DNA of 64,000 nt from Candidatus Iainarchaeum sp. (GCA_018304465.1 JAGVWC010000010.1:64001-128000); one strand, 5' to 3'; shown: positions 9,349-20,091, counted from the stretch's first letter. Numbers and translations: made by a program. Notes: generated by a model from the letters alone, not told the origin.

Positions 9349-10213
9349 ATCCGTTTTTTGTTCCGCCGCCGCCCCGACGCTTAAATCGGCGGCCCATCGG
9401 TTCAAACGACGGATCAACATCCGCTTCTTCGATCGCCATTTTCGCGCGACTCGCTTCAAGAACCTTGCGAGAATACACCATCCGACTCGCGAACGGCTGA
9501 AGCAACACCGGTTTTTTCGGATCCATTTTTTTTCCGAGCGCGATGCGATCCATCTGTTCATGATTAATCACCCACGCCTGCAAATCCCCATGCCGGTTCA
9601 CCATCAGTCCCGCCGCCACGAGATCCTTGATTGTCAAGGTCGCGCGCAAACGCGCGTCTCCGCGAACCTCTTTGGGAGAAAGTTTCGAATAATTCTTCTG
9701 AACGAATTCGCGAAGTTTGTCGGCAGGACACAAATACACGTGCGTAGGCGTGATGAACAAAAATTCCGTGGCGACATTGTTCATCAGCGCTCTGTTCAAC
9801 ACCTTGATATTCGAAAAAGTTCCCATGTTGGCGCCGTTAAGCGTTCCCTTGACTTCGACAAAATGCTGACCGTCACGGGAAACAAAATCGACCCCCATGT
9901 TGTTTTTGGGAGTTCGATGAAAATCCGCCAAAATCCGCGCGGCAAGTTCTTCATACTCCGCCCCATGCCGATGGGCCATCAACGCAAAAGACTCTTTTTT
10001 AAGCGACCGCTTTTTTCGCACGGGTTTTCCCTGATGCGCTTCATGCTGTTGTAGCGGCGGCTTTTGCTTTGAAAACGAAAGATTGTTCCGAATATCATGA
10101 GTCAGTTGTCTCATACCCGACGAAAACGGGACTTTTCCCTTGAACCTGCCTTTTTTTCGGGGACCAAACCCGCGTTCCGGCCCGCCGCCAGAAGAACTGC
10201 GTCCTTTGCCCAT
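9338..10213 (-). CDS. Basic orphan protein with PD-(D/E)XK nuclease-like motif
   Basis: G.EYEELAA...GVDF.SRDG..FVEVKG; Arg/Lys-rich N- and C-termini. Confidence 0.6.
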   Translation of the reverse strand: MGKGRSSSGGGPERGFGPRKKGRFKGKVPFSSGMRQLTHDIRNNLSFSKQKPPLQQHEAHQGKPVRKKRSLKKESFALMAHRHGAEYEELAARILADFHRTPKNNMGVDFVSRDGQHFVEVKGTLNGANMGTFSNIKVLNRALMNNVATEFLFITPTHVYLCPADKLREFVQKNYSKLSPKEVRGDARLRATLTIKDLVAAGLMVNRHGDLQAWVINHEQMDRIALGKKMDPKKPVLLQPFASRMVYSRKVLEASRAKMAIEEADVDPSFEPMGRRFKRRGGGGTKNGFNS

Positions 10214-10220
10214 ATAATGG

Positions 10221-13088
10221 TTATTTATCACTCAAGCGAATAAAAAAGCTTCGTTTGATCAGGAGTTTCAATTCGCCAGTACCAGGAACGATTTTGACGC
10301 GCGCGTCCGATTCCAATTGTTTTGAAAAACGCTTCACGAAACCCGCATCCGTGGAACCCAGTTCCAGAACCGCCAAGGCGTCTTGCTGGAGTTTGGCGGC
10401 TTTCCGGGCGTCCTGAACCAATCGACGCAATTCCATGTATTCCCATTCGTCTTCAAGGTTCGCGTCCGCGGACACGTCCAAAAACACGGTAAACCCGTCT
10501 CCTTGTTTTGAAGCAAAAATTCCTTTCGGAGGAAACTTTGATTCTGACGCTTTTTTCACGTTGGCCTGGCTTTCAAGCACCGGCAACACCCGACCAAACG
10601 TTTTTCCGGTTTTCGTCACGACCACGAGTTCACGCAATGGCCAGCGCAATTTTTTCTTTTGTTCTTCGCGCAAAGCAAGCGAAATCTGAACGACTTCCGA
10701 CAATTTTCCAAACGCGGACTCAAGCTCCAAATCCTGATGCTTGGAGTCGAACACCGGAAGCAAATTCAAATGCACGCTTTTGAACATCTTTTCGCTTTTT
10801 CCGTGCAAATAAAAATGCTCGGACACATGCGGACACAACGGAGAAAGCAACCGGATCACGGAAAACAAAGCAAAACTCATGACCCGCGAAAGATCCGACG
10901 AATCGCCCACTTTTGCGCGATCGCGAATCAATTTGATGTAGGTACGCGACAAATCATTGATCACGAATGCTTCCAGCACATTGGCGACCCGGAAAAACTC
11001 GTACTTGTTATACGCCTCCGAACACGCTTTGATGACCGAATGCGTGCGGCTTAAAAGCCACCGGTCTTCCAGGCCAGACACTTTGGGCGCGGATTCATTG
11101 GACGCAAAATCCAAGTCCAAATACAACGCCGCGTAATTATAACTGTTCCAAAGAATCGAAAAAAACTTGTGAATCTCCGAAAACGCTTCCCAGTCAAACA
11201 CGATGTCGTCTCCGCCGCTGACTTGCGACAAATAAAACCGCAAATAATCCCGCGAATATTTTTCAATGACTTCACCGGGAGACACGATGTTTCCCTGGGA
11301 CTTGGACATTTTTTTCTTGGCCAAATCCAAGACCATGCCATGCACGGCCACGGCTTTGAAGGGTTTTTGGTCAAAACAAATCTGGGAACAAATCAATTCG
11401 CTGTTCCACCAGCCGCGAAACTGATCCGTGGCCTCGATATTCAAATCCGCCGGCCAGAACTTCTTGAACAAATCGGTTTTCGCCGGATACCCCAAGGCCG
11501 CCCAGCTTGAAACCCCCGAATCAAACCATACATCCAGCACATGGGAAACGCGTTTTTGGACACCACCGCATGTTTTGCATTTAATCGTAATCTGGTCGAT
11601 CCACGGCTTGTGCAAATCCATGTCTTTGGGCAATTTCGTCAACGATTCCAATTCTTTTTTGCTTCCCACCACTGTTTTTTCATCGCATTTTTCACACACC
11701 CAAATCGGCAACGGCGTTCCCCAATACCGGCTGCGCGACACCGGCCAATCGCTTAATCCTTCCAACCACCCATTCATGCGCCCCTTCATTCTGGCCGGAA
11801 CCCACTCCACGGACTGGTTTTCCTTAACCAAATCGCTTCGGAATTTTGAAATCCGAAAAAACCACTGGGGCACCGACATCTGCAACAACGGGGATTTATC
11901 GCGCCAGCACACGGGATAATCATGCGAATACGGATGCTCCAGCACCAACGCGTTCAAATCTTTCAAATCATCGATGATTTCGCGGTCCACCACCCGCGCT
12001 TTTTTTCCAGCGTATTTACCCGTTTCGGGTTTTAGATTCCCGTTTAATTCCACTGGCGAAATCGCGGGCAGACCCGCTTTGGTTCCCGCGTCAAAATCTT
12101 CTTTTCCGTGACCGGGCGCCGTATGCACCAAACCGGTTCCGTCTTCCACCGTCACATACCGATCCGATAAAATCACGCGATAAGCGTTCTCGAGTTTTCC
12201 CAGTTTCAGATGATTCGAAAGCGGGTTTTCGTACTTTGTTCCTTCCAGTTCTTTTCCCGGAAACGTTTTCAAAATCACATACCCCGCTTCCAAGGCGTCC
12301 ATCAACGGCACTAACCGATCCTTGGCCACAATCCAAATCTCGGCGCCAACCTGGGCTTCAACGTATTCGTATTTCGGATGCACCATAACCCCTGTGTTTC
12401 CCGGCAATGTCCACGGTGTCGTGGTCCAAATCACCAAAAACCGATTGTCGCTTTCCTTGACCTTGAACTTGACATAAATCGACGAATCGGTTTGCTTAAC
12501 GTATTCAATTTCATTGAACGCGACCGCGGTTTCACAATGCGGACACACGTGCACGGGATACAACCCCAAATACAACAAATTTTTTTCATGGGCTTTTTTG
12601 AAGGTCCACCACACGGCTTCAATATACTCGTTTTTGTACGTAATATACGGATTATCCCAATCCATCCACACGCCCAAGTCCTCAAACTGTTGGTTCATCA
12701 CGGGAATAAACTGCGACGCGAAAAGACGGCATTCTTCAATGAATTTTTCAACCCCAAAAGACTCGATATCGGTTTTGGATTTGAACCCCAATTTTTGTTC
12801 CACTTTGAATTCAATCGGAACCCCATGGGTATCATACCCCGGGCGATCAAACACGTCAAACCCTTGCATGCGCTTGGACCGCATCGCGATGTCTTTCAGG
12901 GTTTTGTTTAACGCCGTGCCCATATGAATGTTTCCCGTTGCGTACGGAGGCCCATCCATGAAATAAAACTTTTTCTCGGATTTTTTGTACTGCGCCCGCG
13001 CTTCGGAGGACACGTTGTTTTTTTTCCAGTACGCCGCAACAGCTTCTTCGCTTTGATGCGAAAACGGTCCCAATTGTTTTTTTGGCAT
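10221..13088 (-). CDS. ileS: Isoleucyl-tRNA synthetase
   Basis: DGPPYATG.IHMG, PGYDTHG.PIE, WTTTPWTLP, GTGLVHTAPGHG, SR.RYWGTP.P, DVWFDSG, KMSKS. Confidence 0.97.
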   Translation of the reverse strand: MPKKQLGPFSHQSEEAVAAYWKKNNVSSEARAQYKKSEKKFYFMDGPPYATGNIHMGTALNKTLKDIAMRSKRMQGFDVFDRPGYDTHGVPIEFKVEQKLGFKSKTDIESFGVEKFIEECRLFASQFIPVMNQQFEDLGVWMDWDNPYITYKNEYIEAVWWTFKKAHEKNLLYLGLYPVHVCPHCETAVAFNEIEYVKQTDSSIYVKFKVKESDNRFLVIWTTTPWTLPGNTGVMVHPKYEYVEAQVGAEIWIVAKDRLVPLMDALEAGYVILKTFPGKELEGTKYENPLSNHLKLGKLENAYRVILSDRYVTVEDGTGLVHTAPGHGKEDFDAGTKAGLPAISPVELNGNLKPETGKYAGKKARVVDREIIDDLKDLNALVLEHPYSHDYPVCWRDKSPLLQMSVPQWFFRISKFRSDLVKENQSVEWVPARMKGRMNGWLEGLSDWPVSRSRYWGTPLPIWVCEKCDEKTVVGSKKELESLTKLPKDMDLHKPWIDQITIKCKTCGGVQKRVSHVLDVWFDSGVSSWAALGYPAKTDLFKKFWPADLNIEATDQFRGWWNSELICSQICFDQKPFKAVAVHGMVLDLAKKKMSKSQGNIVSPGEVIEKYSRDYLRFYLSQVSGGDDIVFDWEAFSEIHKFFSILWNSYNYAALYLDLDFASNESAPKVSGLEDRWLLSRTHSVIKACSEAYNKYEFFRVANVLEAFVINDLSRTYIKLIRDRAKVGDSSDLSRVMSFALFSVIRLLSPLCPHVSEHFYLHGKSEKMFKSVHLNLLPVFDSKHQDLELESAFGKLSEVVQISLALREEQKKKLRWPLRELVVVTKTGKTFGRVLPVLESQANVKKASESKFPPKGIFASKQGDGFTVFLDVSADANLEDEWEYMELRRLVQDARKAAKLQQDALAVLELGSTDAGFVKRFSKQLESDARVKIVPGTGELKLLIKRSFFIRLSDK

Positions 13089-13117
13089 ACTTATCAACAC
13101 ATAGAGTTGTTTTTTAT

Positions 13118-13399
13118 TCAATTCTTGTACACATCATCGTGATGCCTGAAACGGTCAAAAAGAATATGCTGCTCTTTTTTGAATACTCTGAATATCAAAA
13201 CGAAATTCCGGTTCACATGAACCCGCTTATAATCTGAGAAATCATACCGAAGGTTCTTATAATGCTCGATCGTGTGCAAATCACACGAAACAATTTGCTT
13301 TATTTTTTTCTGCAATGCTTCCGCTGTGACTTTGTCCTTCTTCGCCAGCACCCCGATGGTTGCTTTCAATTCATCGGACAAGTCGTAGGAAAACGTCAT
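13118..13399 (-). CDS. RelE/YafQ-family mRNA interferase toxin
   Basis: HYKNLR......KRVH...FVL.F.......FDRF.HHD..Y. Confidence 0.8.
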   Translation of the reverse strand: MTFSYDLSDELKATIGVLAKKDKVTAEALQKKIKQIVSCDLHTIEHYKNLRYDFSDYKRVHVNRNFVLIFRVFKKEQHILFDRFRHHDDVYKN

Positions 13400-13672
13400 T
13401 TAGCGGCCTTCAAAAAGTGCATCAAGTTCTTTTTCGGACATTTTGCGTAAGCCGTATTTCTTAACGTGTTGCTCCGTGGAATTAATAACTTCTCGGATCA
13501 CTTCATCACGTACCTCGCGGTCTATAAATTCAGACCCATACATTTCCGCGAATTTGTCCAAGGCTTCTCCTTTGTCGGTCAACCCGTATTTTTCCTTAAC
13601 AACACCCAAGACCCGACTGGTATACTCCTTGACCTTTAGATTCATGGTCACTTCCTTCTTCAATAATACCAC
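13400..13672 (-). CDS. Antitoxin (DUF2683-like) of the adjacent toxin
   Basis: Y..RVL.VVK.KYGL.DK.EA; directly upstream of RelE-like gene. Confidence 0.7.
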   Translation of the reverse strand: MVLLKKEVTMNLKVKEYTSRVLGVVKEKYGLTDKGEALDKFAEMYGSEFIDREVRDEVIREVINSTEQHVKKYGLRKMSEKELDALFEGR

Positions 13673-13727
13673 CTAACATAAAATAAGTTAAAATAATTTA
13701 TAAACGCACACGTGAATTCATCCGAAA

Positions 13728-13802
13728 TGGACGGGGCGGGATTCGGACCCGCGACCTTTGGCTTATAAGACCAATGCTCTAGCCAGGCTGAGCTACCTGT
13801 CC
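13728..13802 (-). tRNA. tRNA-Ile, anticodon UAU, no intron, CCA not encoded
   Basis: GGACAGG-TA-GCTC AGCCTGGCTA GAGC-A-TTGGT CTTATAA GCCAA-AGGTC-GCGGG TCCGAAT CCCGC-CCCGTCC-A folds as a cloverleaf; anticodon at 13767-13765. Confidence 0.92.
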
Positions 13803-13932
13803 CACGGCTTTTTTTGAAAAGGCCGGCGAAAAACAACCGAAGAAAAAAACACGGTTGTTTCAAGTGAAAAAAAAGACGTTGTTTGGAAATTTAATAACGA
13901 GGGATCACTCAACGAATCAGCATTACAGGAAA

Positions 13933-13970
13933 ATTTCTGAATCCCTTCTGCGTATTTCTAAATCCCTTCT
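13933..13970. repeat. 17-bp direct repeat (1 mismatch), 21-bp period
   Basis: ATTTCTGAATCCCTTCT 13933-13949 and ATTTCTAAATCCCTTCT 13954-13970. Confidence 0.8.
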
Positions 13971-14102
13971 CATACCCAAAACACGCAATAAACGCTTTTA
14001 AAAGGCATCGATTGGCATCGTGGCCCAACCAAGAAAACGAATTCGCAAGGAAAAAAGGTTTTCCACAGACTTTAAATACAAAAAAGCCCCCTAGTGTTTT
14101 TC

Positions 14103-14826
14103 ATGAAAAACCAGTGGAAAAGCCTCGCCGAAATTCCGGCGTCGGAATGGATCCAATTACAACGCCGGGTGGAAAAAGCGAACGGCAGAGTGGTGGTGCT
14201 CGTGCACCCGTTTTTTGGCGACGTCAAAAATTTAACGGGACCGGAAAAATACGAACGATACCGGCAAGCGGTTTCGGCGCTTTTACATCAATCCAAAGTA
14301 CCGGTAGTGATTCTGGAAGAATACAAAAAAACCGGCAGACTCGCGTCGGAACTGAAAGCGCGAAACGAACACGTGCTGATACTGCCAACCAACACCAATG
14401 AACCTCATTTGGTCCTCAGCTTTGACAAAGACCAAGAACCGCTTCCGGATGAAGCGTACAAGGAACTATCCAAACACCTGCGTTTTGCGGGCGCAAAATT
14501 CGTTTCCATCGGAGGATGTATACGGATAAATGGCTGTTTCGATCCGATGTGATCCGGTTCCACGAACAAAAATGGCTTCCGAAAAACCGGCGGCCAGAAG
14601 GCCGCTATTGGAGTTCATGTGCCGGCGATGTTTACATCGGGCTGATTCAATCGGGAAAAATCGAAAAAGTCCGCCTGATTCCCAAAGCCGTGTACCCGTA
14701 CAAACCCAGGTATACGATTCGACCCAAACCCAAGCCGATCAAACGATTCATTCGAAAACAAACCCGACGCATCCGAAAATATTTTTGCGGATCGGAAAAA
14801 AATAGAAAAAAAAGAAGAGGATACCT
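14103..14826 (+). pseudogene. Hypothetical protein split by a frameshift near 14515 (3' end approximate)
   Basis: Frame 14103-14552 (VVLVHPFF...VSIGG) continues plausibly in frame 14516 (MYTDKW...CAGDVY..L) with a basic tail. Confidence 0.5.
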
Positions 14827-15592
14827 AGTACCCTTCTTCATCTTCGCGATCATTGCGCGAACCGCGGTTTTGACCGCCGCGACCGCCCGGCATCGGGCGC
14901 TGTTTGAATTCTTTTTGGCTCATCGCGTTTTCTTCATTGACGTTATCGACTTCTTCGTCCGCCGGATCCAGGGTTCCGTTTCGGCCGAGATTCAACCGCA
15001 ACGATTTTTGGAACAACGACGTGAACGCGTTTCCGATTTTATAGGATTTTCCGACTTCGACTTTTTCGATGCCCTCATCCCAGAGCGTCAAGAGAATCGT
15101 TCCCGAATCGTCTCCGATCAACGCTTCCGTGACGCGATGCGTGGAATTATCGTTTTTGCTCGATACTTCGCGCACCTCGTTTTTGGACAAGGCTTTCACG
15201 ATCACATCGACTTTGCGCAAATACGGTTTCAAATCACCGATTTTTAGGAGCGGAACCTGCGCTTCGCTCACATTGGTTTCCTCGTTCACGACGACTTCTT
15301 CGTCGGTTTCCTCAATCGAACCGTTTCGACCCAGATTCAACCGAAGCGACTTTTGGAACAAGGACGTGAAGGCGTTTTGGATGCGATACGCTTTTCCCGA
15401 AGCAATCCGGTCAATGCCGTCGTCCCACAACGTGAGCAACACGGTTCCGGAATCGTCCCCAACCAGGGCCTCCGTCACGCGATGACGGGACCCGTCTTGC
15501 TTGGACGCGACTTCCCGCACTTCGTTTAACGAAAGCACCTTGACCAAAAGGTCGACGTTTTTTGCGAATGGACGCAGATCAGCTATTTTCAT
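14825..15592 (-). CDS. ssb: Single-stranded DNA-binding protein with two tandem OB folds
   Basis: Twice KI.DL.P....V...VK.LS.NEVREV...HRVTEAL.GDDSGT.LLTLWD; Gly/Arg then acidic tail. Confidence 0.9.
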   Translation of the reverse strand: MKIADLRPFAKNVDLLVKVLSLNEVREVASKQDGSRHRVTEALVGDDSGTVLLTLWDDGIDRIASGKAYRIQNAFTSLFQKSLRLNLGRNGSIEETDEEVVVNEETNVSEAQVPLLKIGDLKPYLRKVDVIVKALSKNEVREVSSKNDNSTHRVTEALIGDDSGTILLTLWDEGIEKVEVGKSYKIGNAFTSLFQKSLRLNLGRNGTLDPADEEVDNVNEENAMSQKEFKQRPMPGGRGGQNRGSRNDREDEEGY

Positions 15593-15731
15593 GTGAATTT
15601 CCTCCGAAGTGAATTGTTAATCATACTGGCTAACCGATCCATTTGAATCAATTAAGTCAGGAATATGTGCACAAAAGTTTATTTAAAAAGGATGTGAAAA
15701 AAACAAAAAAAGGAAAAAAAGTGTGGGAGAA

Positions 15732-16421
15732 TTACTTTCCCACTTCTTTTCGAAGATCGTTAGCCAATTGAACAATGTCCTTGCGAAACGCAAGCACAAA
15801 GACCAAACCAGCCAAAATCGCCAAACCGAACACCATTGCCGAAAACCCGACAATGAACGCATCGGTCAAAATCTTGGTATTGATTCCCACGGTCTGCAGC
15901 GAAATAACCGCCGAGACGTAGATGATCATTACTTCGATTACCACTGCGATGGTCTTCTTGTACTGATATTCCGTTGATTCCACAACGTTTCGCACATAGC
16001 GCGCCAACAGCAATCCGCCGACCAGAATAATCATCGCCGCAATCAGCGAGTTGATGAAACTGATCAGGAATTCGGTGAAGCTACGCAATACGCGCATCTG
16101 GATCAAATCCAGCGACTGCGCCAAAAAGATCACGATCACATACCACTTGGCAAAGCTTCCGAAAATCGACGACAATTCGCGGTTGCCGAGCGCGTCATGC
16201 AATTTTTTTTCGCGCAACCAGTCATCGGCTTTCGTGCTCTGAATGACACCCGTAACGAATTTCTTGACGTATTTTCCGATGAACACACCGACCGTCAACA
16301 AAACCGCGGCACCAATCAGGCCCGGAATGACCCGGATCACATCGGAGACAATATTGGTTGTGGCTGAAACCAAATTCGCTCCCACCTGGCGCAAATACTC
16401 CTGTAAAAAGTCCACAGCCAT
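15732..16421 (-). CDS. Conserved TM-helix repeat membrane protein (MscS/CmpX N-terminal-like)
   Basis: IPGLIGA.VLL.VG..IG repeat, multiple TM segments. Confidence 0.75.
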   Translation of the reverse strand: MAVDFLQEYLRQVGANLVSATTNIVSDVIRVIPGLIGAAVLLTVGVFIGKYVKKFVTGVIQSTKADDWLREKKLHDALGNRELSSIFGSFAKWYVIVIFLAQSLDLIQMRVLRSFTEFLISFINSLIAAMIILVGGLLLARYVRNVVESTEYQYKKTIAVVIEVMIIYVSAVISLQTVGINTKILTDAFIVGFSAMVFGLAILAGLVFVLAFRKDIVQLANDLRKEVGK

Positions 16422-16558
16422 GAATTAAATCACCTGTACACATAATTATTTCCCAGTTTATAAACGTTTATGTAGCCGCGACCCAAAACAGGTGAATCCG
16501 AAAAAGAGTGTTGGAAAAACAGCGATGATTTCCGATCGCCCAGTACAAATTAAAAAAT

Positions 16559-17068
16559 TCATTGCTTCAGCACTTGAGGACTTGGATCTGATTGGGCGGA
16601 GGATTCCAACACCTCACCGAACAATTTAGAATATGTTTTTGGATACGCCAGCGCCATACTTGCGCAGATAAAATAAAAAACAGGAAAAAGAGTAAGAAAA
16701 AAACTAAGGATTGTTCCTGCAATTACATTAAACCACATCGCAACTGCGATGACCCAACCGAGCGCCGACGCGATCGGAATGATAAAAATTGAAAATAAAA
16801 CGGCTTGCTGCAACGTCCAAAATGGAAAACGCCAAAACCGAATTTTAAATGAACCACCCGGATGCGATCGATCCAGCGCAAGCAAAGTAAAACAATAAAG
16901 GAATACACAACCAAGGCCGATGCCAACGATGGCCCCCCAAAAATACATGACGCCGATAATCCCAGAAATTTTTTCTGTTTGCGTTATCGCAAAAAAAAGT
17001 GCTCCGGCGATAACGGCTAAAAGTAGACCTAAAAGATGGATCCAAAAAACTCTTTCTTGTATATCCAT
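16559..17068 (-). CDS. Hypothetical membrane protein (4 TM)
   Basis: 169-aa hydrophobic ORF. Confidence 0.6.
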   Translation of the reverse strand: MDIQERVFWIHLLGLLLAVIAGALFFAITQTEKISGIIGVMYFWGAIVGIGLGCVFLYCFTLLALDRSHPGGSFKIRFWRFPFWTLQQAVLFSIFIIPIASALGWVIAVAMWFNVIAGTILSFFLTLFPVFYFICASMALAYPKTYSKLFGEVLESSAQSDPSPQVLKQ

Positions 17069-17134
17069 GGTTTCGAAACCAAAATGGAGAGTTGTCCAAT
17101 AGGCTTTTACGCCTACTGGACGGTTGGGTTCTCC

Positions 17135-18787
17135 TTACATGTCCATTCCATCCATTCCGCCCATTCCGCCGCCCATTCCACCGGGTGGCATTTTGGATTT
17201 GCTGGAACCGGCGATGATGTCGTCGATACGCAGAATCATTTCCGCGACTTCGGACGCACTCGTGATCGCTTGAATCTTGATGGCTAATGGTTCGAGCACT
17301 TTTTTGGCCGCCATGTCCGCGACTTTCGAATCGAACACGTCGACTCCGAACGCTTTTCCGTCTTTTGCCGCGTGCTTTGAACGCAACGCGACCAAGGTGT
17401 CGATCGGATCCATTCCCGCGGATTCGGCAAGGGTTCGCGGAATCACTTCGAGGGCTTCGGCAAAGGCTTCGATCGCGAGTTGTTCGCGTCCGCCAATGGT
17501 TTTTGCGAATTCGCGTAGTTTCATCGCGACTTCCATTTCCGCGGCGCCTCCGCCGACCACGACTTTTCCGACGCGAATCGAACTTGAGACGGCTCCGATC
17601 GCATCGTGCACCGCGCGTTCGGCTTCATCCACGACGTGTTCCGATCCGCCGCGCACCAACAACGAAACCGATTTCGGGTTCTTGCATTCGTATACGAAAA
17701 CCATGTTGTCGCCCGCGATTTTGCGTTCTTCAACGATTCCCGCGTACCCCAAATCATTCGGCGTCAAATCCTTGATACGCGAAACGATTTTGGCGCCGGT
17801 GGCTTTAACCATGGCATCCATGTCGGATTTTTTCACGCGGCGAACCGCGGCGATTCCTTCTTTGGCTAAAAAATGCTGGGCCAAATCGTCGATTCCTTTC
17901 TGGCAAAACACGACGGTGGCACCGGATTTCTTGATTTGCTCCACCATGTTGCGCAGAAATCCTTCTTCCTGATCCAAAAACGCCTGTAATTGGTCCGGAG
18001 AATTGATTTCGATTTTGGCGTCGTTTTCAGGCTCCTTGATTTCCATGGCGGCGTCCACCAACGCGATTTTCGCTTTTTCAACGCGTTTTGGCATTCCCGA
18101 GTGAACGATTTCCTTGTCAACGACCACGCCTTTGACGAGTTCCGAATCCGTCAATGACGCACCGACTTTTTTTTCGACCTTGATCTGGTCCAAATCAATC
18201 ACGGTTTTTCCGTCTTTTTCTTCCGCGACTTGCTTGACCGCGGTGACGACCAAATTCCCAAGTTCGCTGGCACCTTCCGCGCTTTTTCCAGTCATGGCCA
18301 CCATCGCGATGTCTTTGAGCATGGCCGTGTCTTTGACCGAAATTTCGTTTCCGGTAATATCGTATTCTTCTTTGGCTTTCTTGGCCGCCATGCGATAACC
18401 CTTGATGATGACGGACGAATGAATCTCGTCATCCAATAATTTTTCGGCTTTTTCAAGCAATGTTCCGGCCAGAACGGTTGCGGTCGTGGTTCCGTCGCCG
18501 ACTTCGTTGTCCTGGGTCTTTGCGACTTCCACCATCATTTTTCCCGCGGGATGTTCAATCGACATTTCCTGCAAAATCGTGGCGCCGTCGTTTGAAATCG
18601 TCACGTCGCCGAGTTCGTCGACAATCATTTTGTCCATTCCTTTCGGACCCAAGGTGGAGCGCACCGCGTTCGCGACGGCTTTGGCCACCAGAATGTTAAT
18701 GCGCTGCGCATCCCGACCCCGGGTTCTTTTCGCGCCTTCGCCCAAAAAAATGACTTGTTGGTTGTTTGGATCGACTCCATTTGCCAT
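17135..18787 (-). CDS. thsA: Thermosome (group II chaperonin) subunit
   Basis: [42 protein letters not shown] tail. Confidence 0.97.
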   Translation of the reverse strand: MANGVDPNNQQVIFLGEGAKRTRGRDAQRINILVAKAVANAVRSTLGPKGMDKMIVDELGDVTISNDGATILQEMSIEHPAGKMMVEVAKTQDNEVGDGTTTATVLAGTLLEKAEKLLDDEIHSSVIIKGYRMAAKKAKEEYDITGNEISVKDTAMLKDIAMVAMTGKSAEGASELGNLVVTAVKQVAEEKDGKTVIDLDQIKVEKKVGASLTDSELVKGVVVDKEIVHSGMPKRVEKAKIALVDAAMEIKEPENDAKIEINSPDQLQAFLDQEEGFLRNMVEQIKKSGATVVFCQKGIDDLAQHFLAKEGIAAVRRVKKSDMDAMVKATGAKIVSRIKDLTPNDLGYAGIVEERKIAGDNMVFVYECKNPKSVSLLVRGGSEHVVDEAERAVHDAIGAVSSSIRVGKVVVGGGAAEMEVAMKLREFAKTIGGREQLAIEAFAEALEVIPRTLAESAGMDPIDTLVALRSKHAAKDGKAFGVDVFDSKVADMAAKKVLEPLAIKIQAITSASEVAEMILRIDDIIAGSSKSKMPPGGMGGGMGGMDGMDM

Positions 18788-19017
18788 AGATGAATTCCTC
18801 CTAAAGAAAACAAAACGCGTTCAAAACCGCCCAAAACAGACGGAAAACGCCCTATGCATTATTGATGGATATAAATGTTAAAAAACCTTGGTGTACGGCT
18901 TTTTCACGGAAAACAAAAATTCAATCGCTTGGGGCGGCAATCCGCAGGACAGGGCTAAAAAAAACGCCGGAATGACTTTAAACAGAATGGACGATAAACC
19001 CAGGAAGGCAACGAGAT

Positions 19018-19647
19018 ATGAGAGGATCAAAAGTTCCAACGCCCCGAGAAAGAAGAAAAAAATCAAAACCATCCGCGTTTTTCCGGGGACAACGCGTGAA
19101 GATCCCGCGAGAAAGCAAGACCATTCCCGCCACGGTATTGAGAACCAAACGACGCGGAAAAGTGGTCATCGTTGGCCGCAAAGAACGAATCGAACCCAAA
19201 CGCGTCGTAAAAACCACATTGCTCGGACTTCAACGCAAAGCCGAAGCCCTGCAAGCCCGCAGTCGCAAAGGAACGCTCTCCATCGAAGAATGGAATGAAC
19301 TCCACAGTTTGTGGCAGACGCTCGCGAACACGCAATACCGCCGCCTAAAACCAATCATCCACACCAAGATTGAACGCGTCAACGCAAAACAAGTCGTGAT
19401 TCCGACTTCACAACAACCCGTTCGACAACACGTCTCCGACATTACGCGCCGACAAAACCGGGAAAAAGCACACATCACAAAAGCGGTGATCGAGCTAAAG
19501 CAAAGACGAAAATTCCGACGAAACAGCAAACGAATCCTTCGCGAGTTGGCACGAAAAGGAATCAACCCCGCCCGCCTAAAACAAAATTCAACACGAAAAA
19601 GGAAAAAAAAAGCCAAACAAAAAAAGAATGTCTCCGATTTCTTCTGA
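19018..19647 (+). CDS. Highly basic orphan protein
   Basis: 209-aa Arg/Lys-rich ORF filling the intergenic gap. Confidence 0.55.
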   Translation: MRGSKVPTPRERRKKSKPSAFFRGQRVKIPRESKTIPATVLRTKRRGKVVIVGRKERIEPKRVVKTTLLGLQRKAEALQARSRKGTLSIEEWNELHSLWQTLANTQYRRLKPIIHTKIERVNAKQVVIPTSQQPVRQHVSDITRRQNREKAHITKAVIELKQRRKFRRNSKRILRELARKGINPARLKQNSTRKRKKKAKQKKNVSDFF

Positions 19648-19735
19648 TGCCAAACTCGTTTGCCAAGCGCACACCAGATATTTTTGAACTCGCAAAAAAA
19701 GGGTTTCCCGAAAGCCCGAAACAATAACAAAACTT

Positions 19736-20011
19736 CTACTTCGACCAGGTCATGGTCAACAGCATCTTGAACCGCGTTTTCGCATTCACGGCGTGCGGTT
19801 TTTTCGCGGGCAACAAAATCCATTCGCCCGCGTTCACCAAAAAAACTTCTTTTGCAATCGAAACTTTAGCGGTTCCATCCAGCACCCAAAGCAACGCGTC
19901 AAACGGTTCGGATAACCCTTGATTCTGATCAAACGCGGCATGATCCCCGATTAATCCGTTTTGCAAAAAAAATTGATTCGTGTCTTTTTCGCCAAAAAAC
20001 GATTCCGGCAT
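19736..20011 (-). pseudogene. Degraded cupin domain gene
   Basis: AFD..QGLSE-PFDA...VLDG...L.AGE.I.LPA..PHAV.A.TRFKMLL; conserved HTA after LSE missing and N-terminus unrecognisable. Confidence 0.65.
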
Positions 20012-20091
20012 GCCTTGGGGGGAAAATGCGTTCCCAACACGTCTTTGGACAACCCATAACGACCATACTCCGGCACAGGACCCACATTTGG

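Noticed and set aside
12905-12930. IleRS HIGH motif reads HMGT
   Set aside because: HxGT variants are common in archaeal IleRS
13118-13727. TA pair as an element integrated at the tRNA 3' end
   Set aside because: No duplicated tRNA fragment or integrase seen
14826-15247. Long plus-strand ORF extension over ssb, and many other antisense ORFs in the track (e.g. 17277-17972, 25031-25669, 46551-47258)
   Set aside because: Shadow frames opposite well-supported genes, no recognisable motifs
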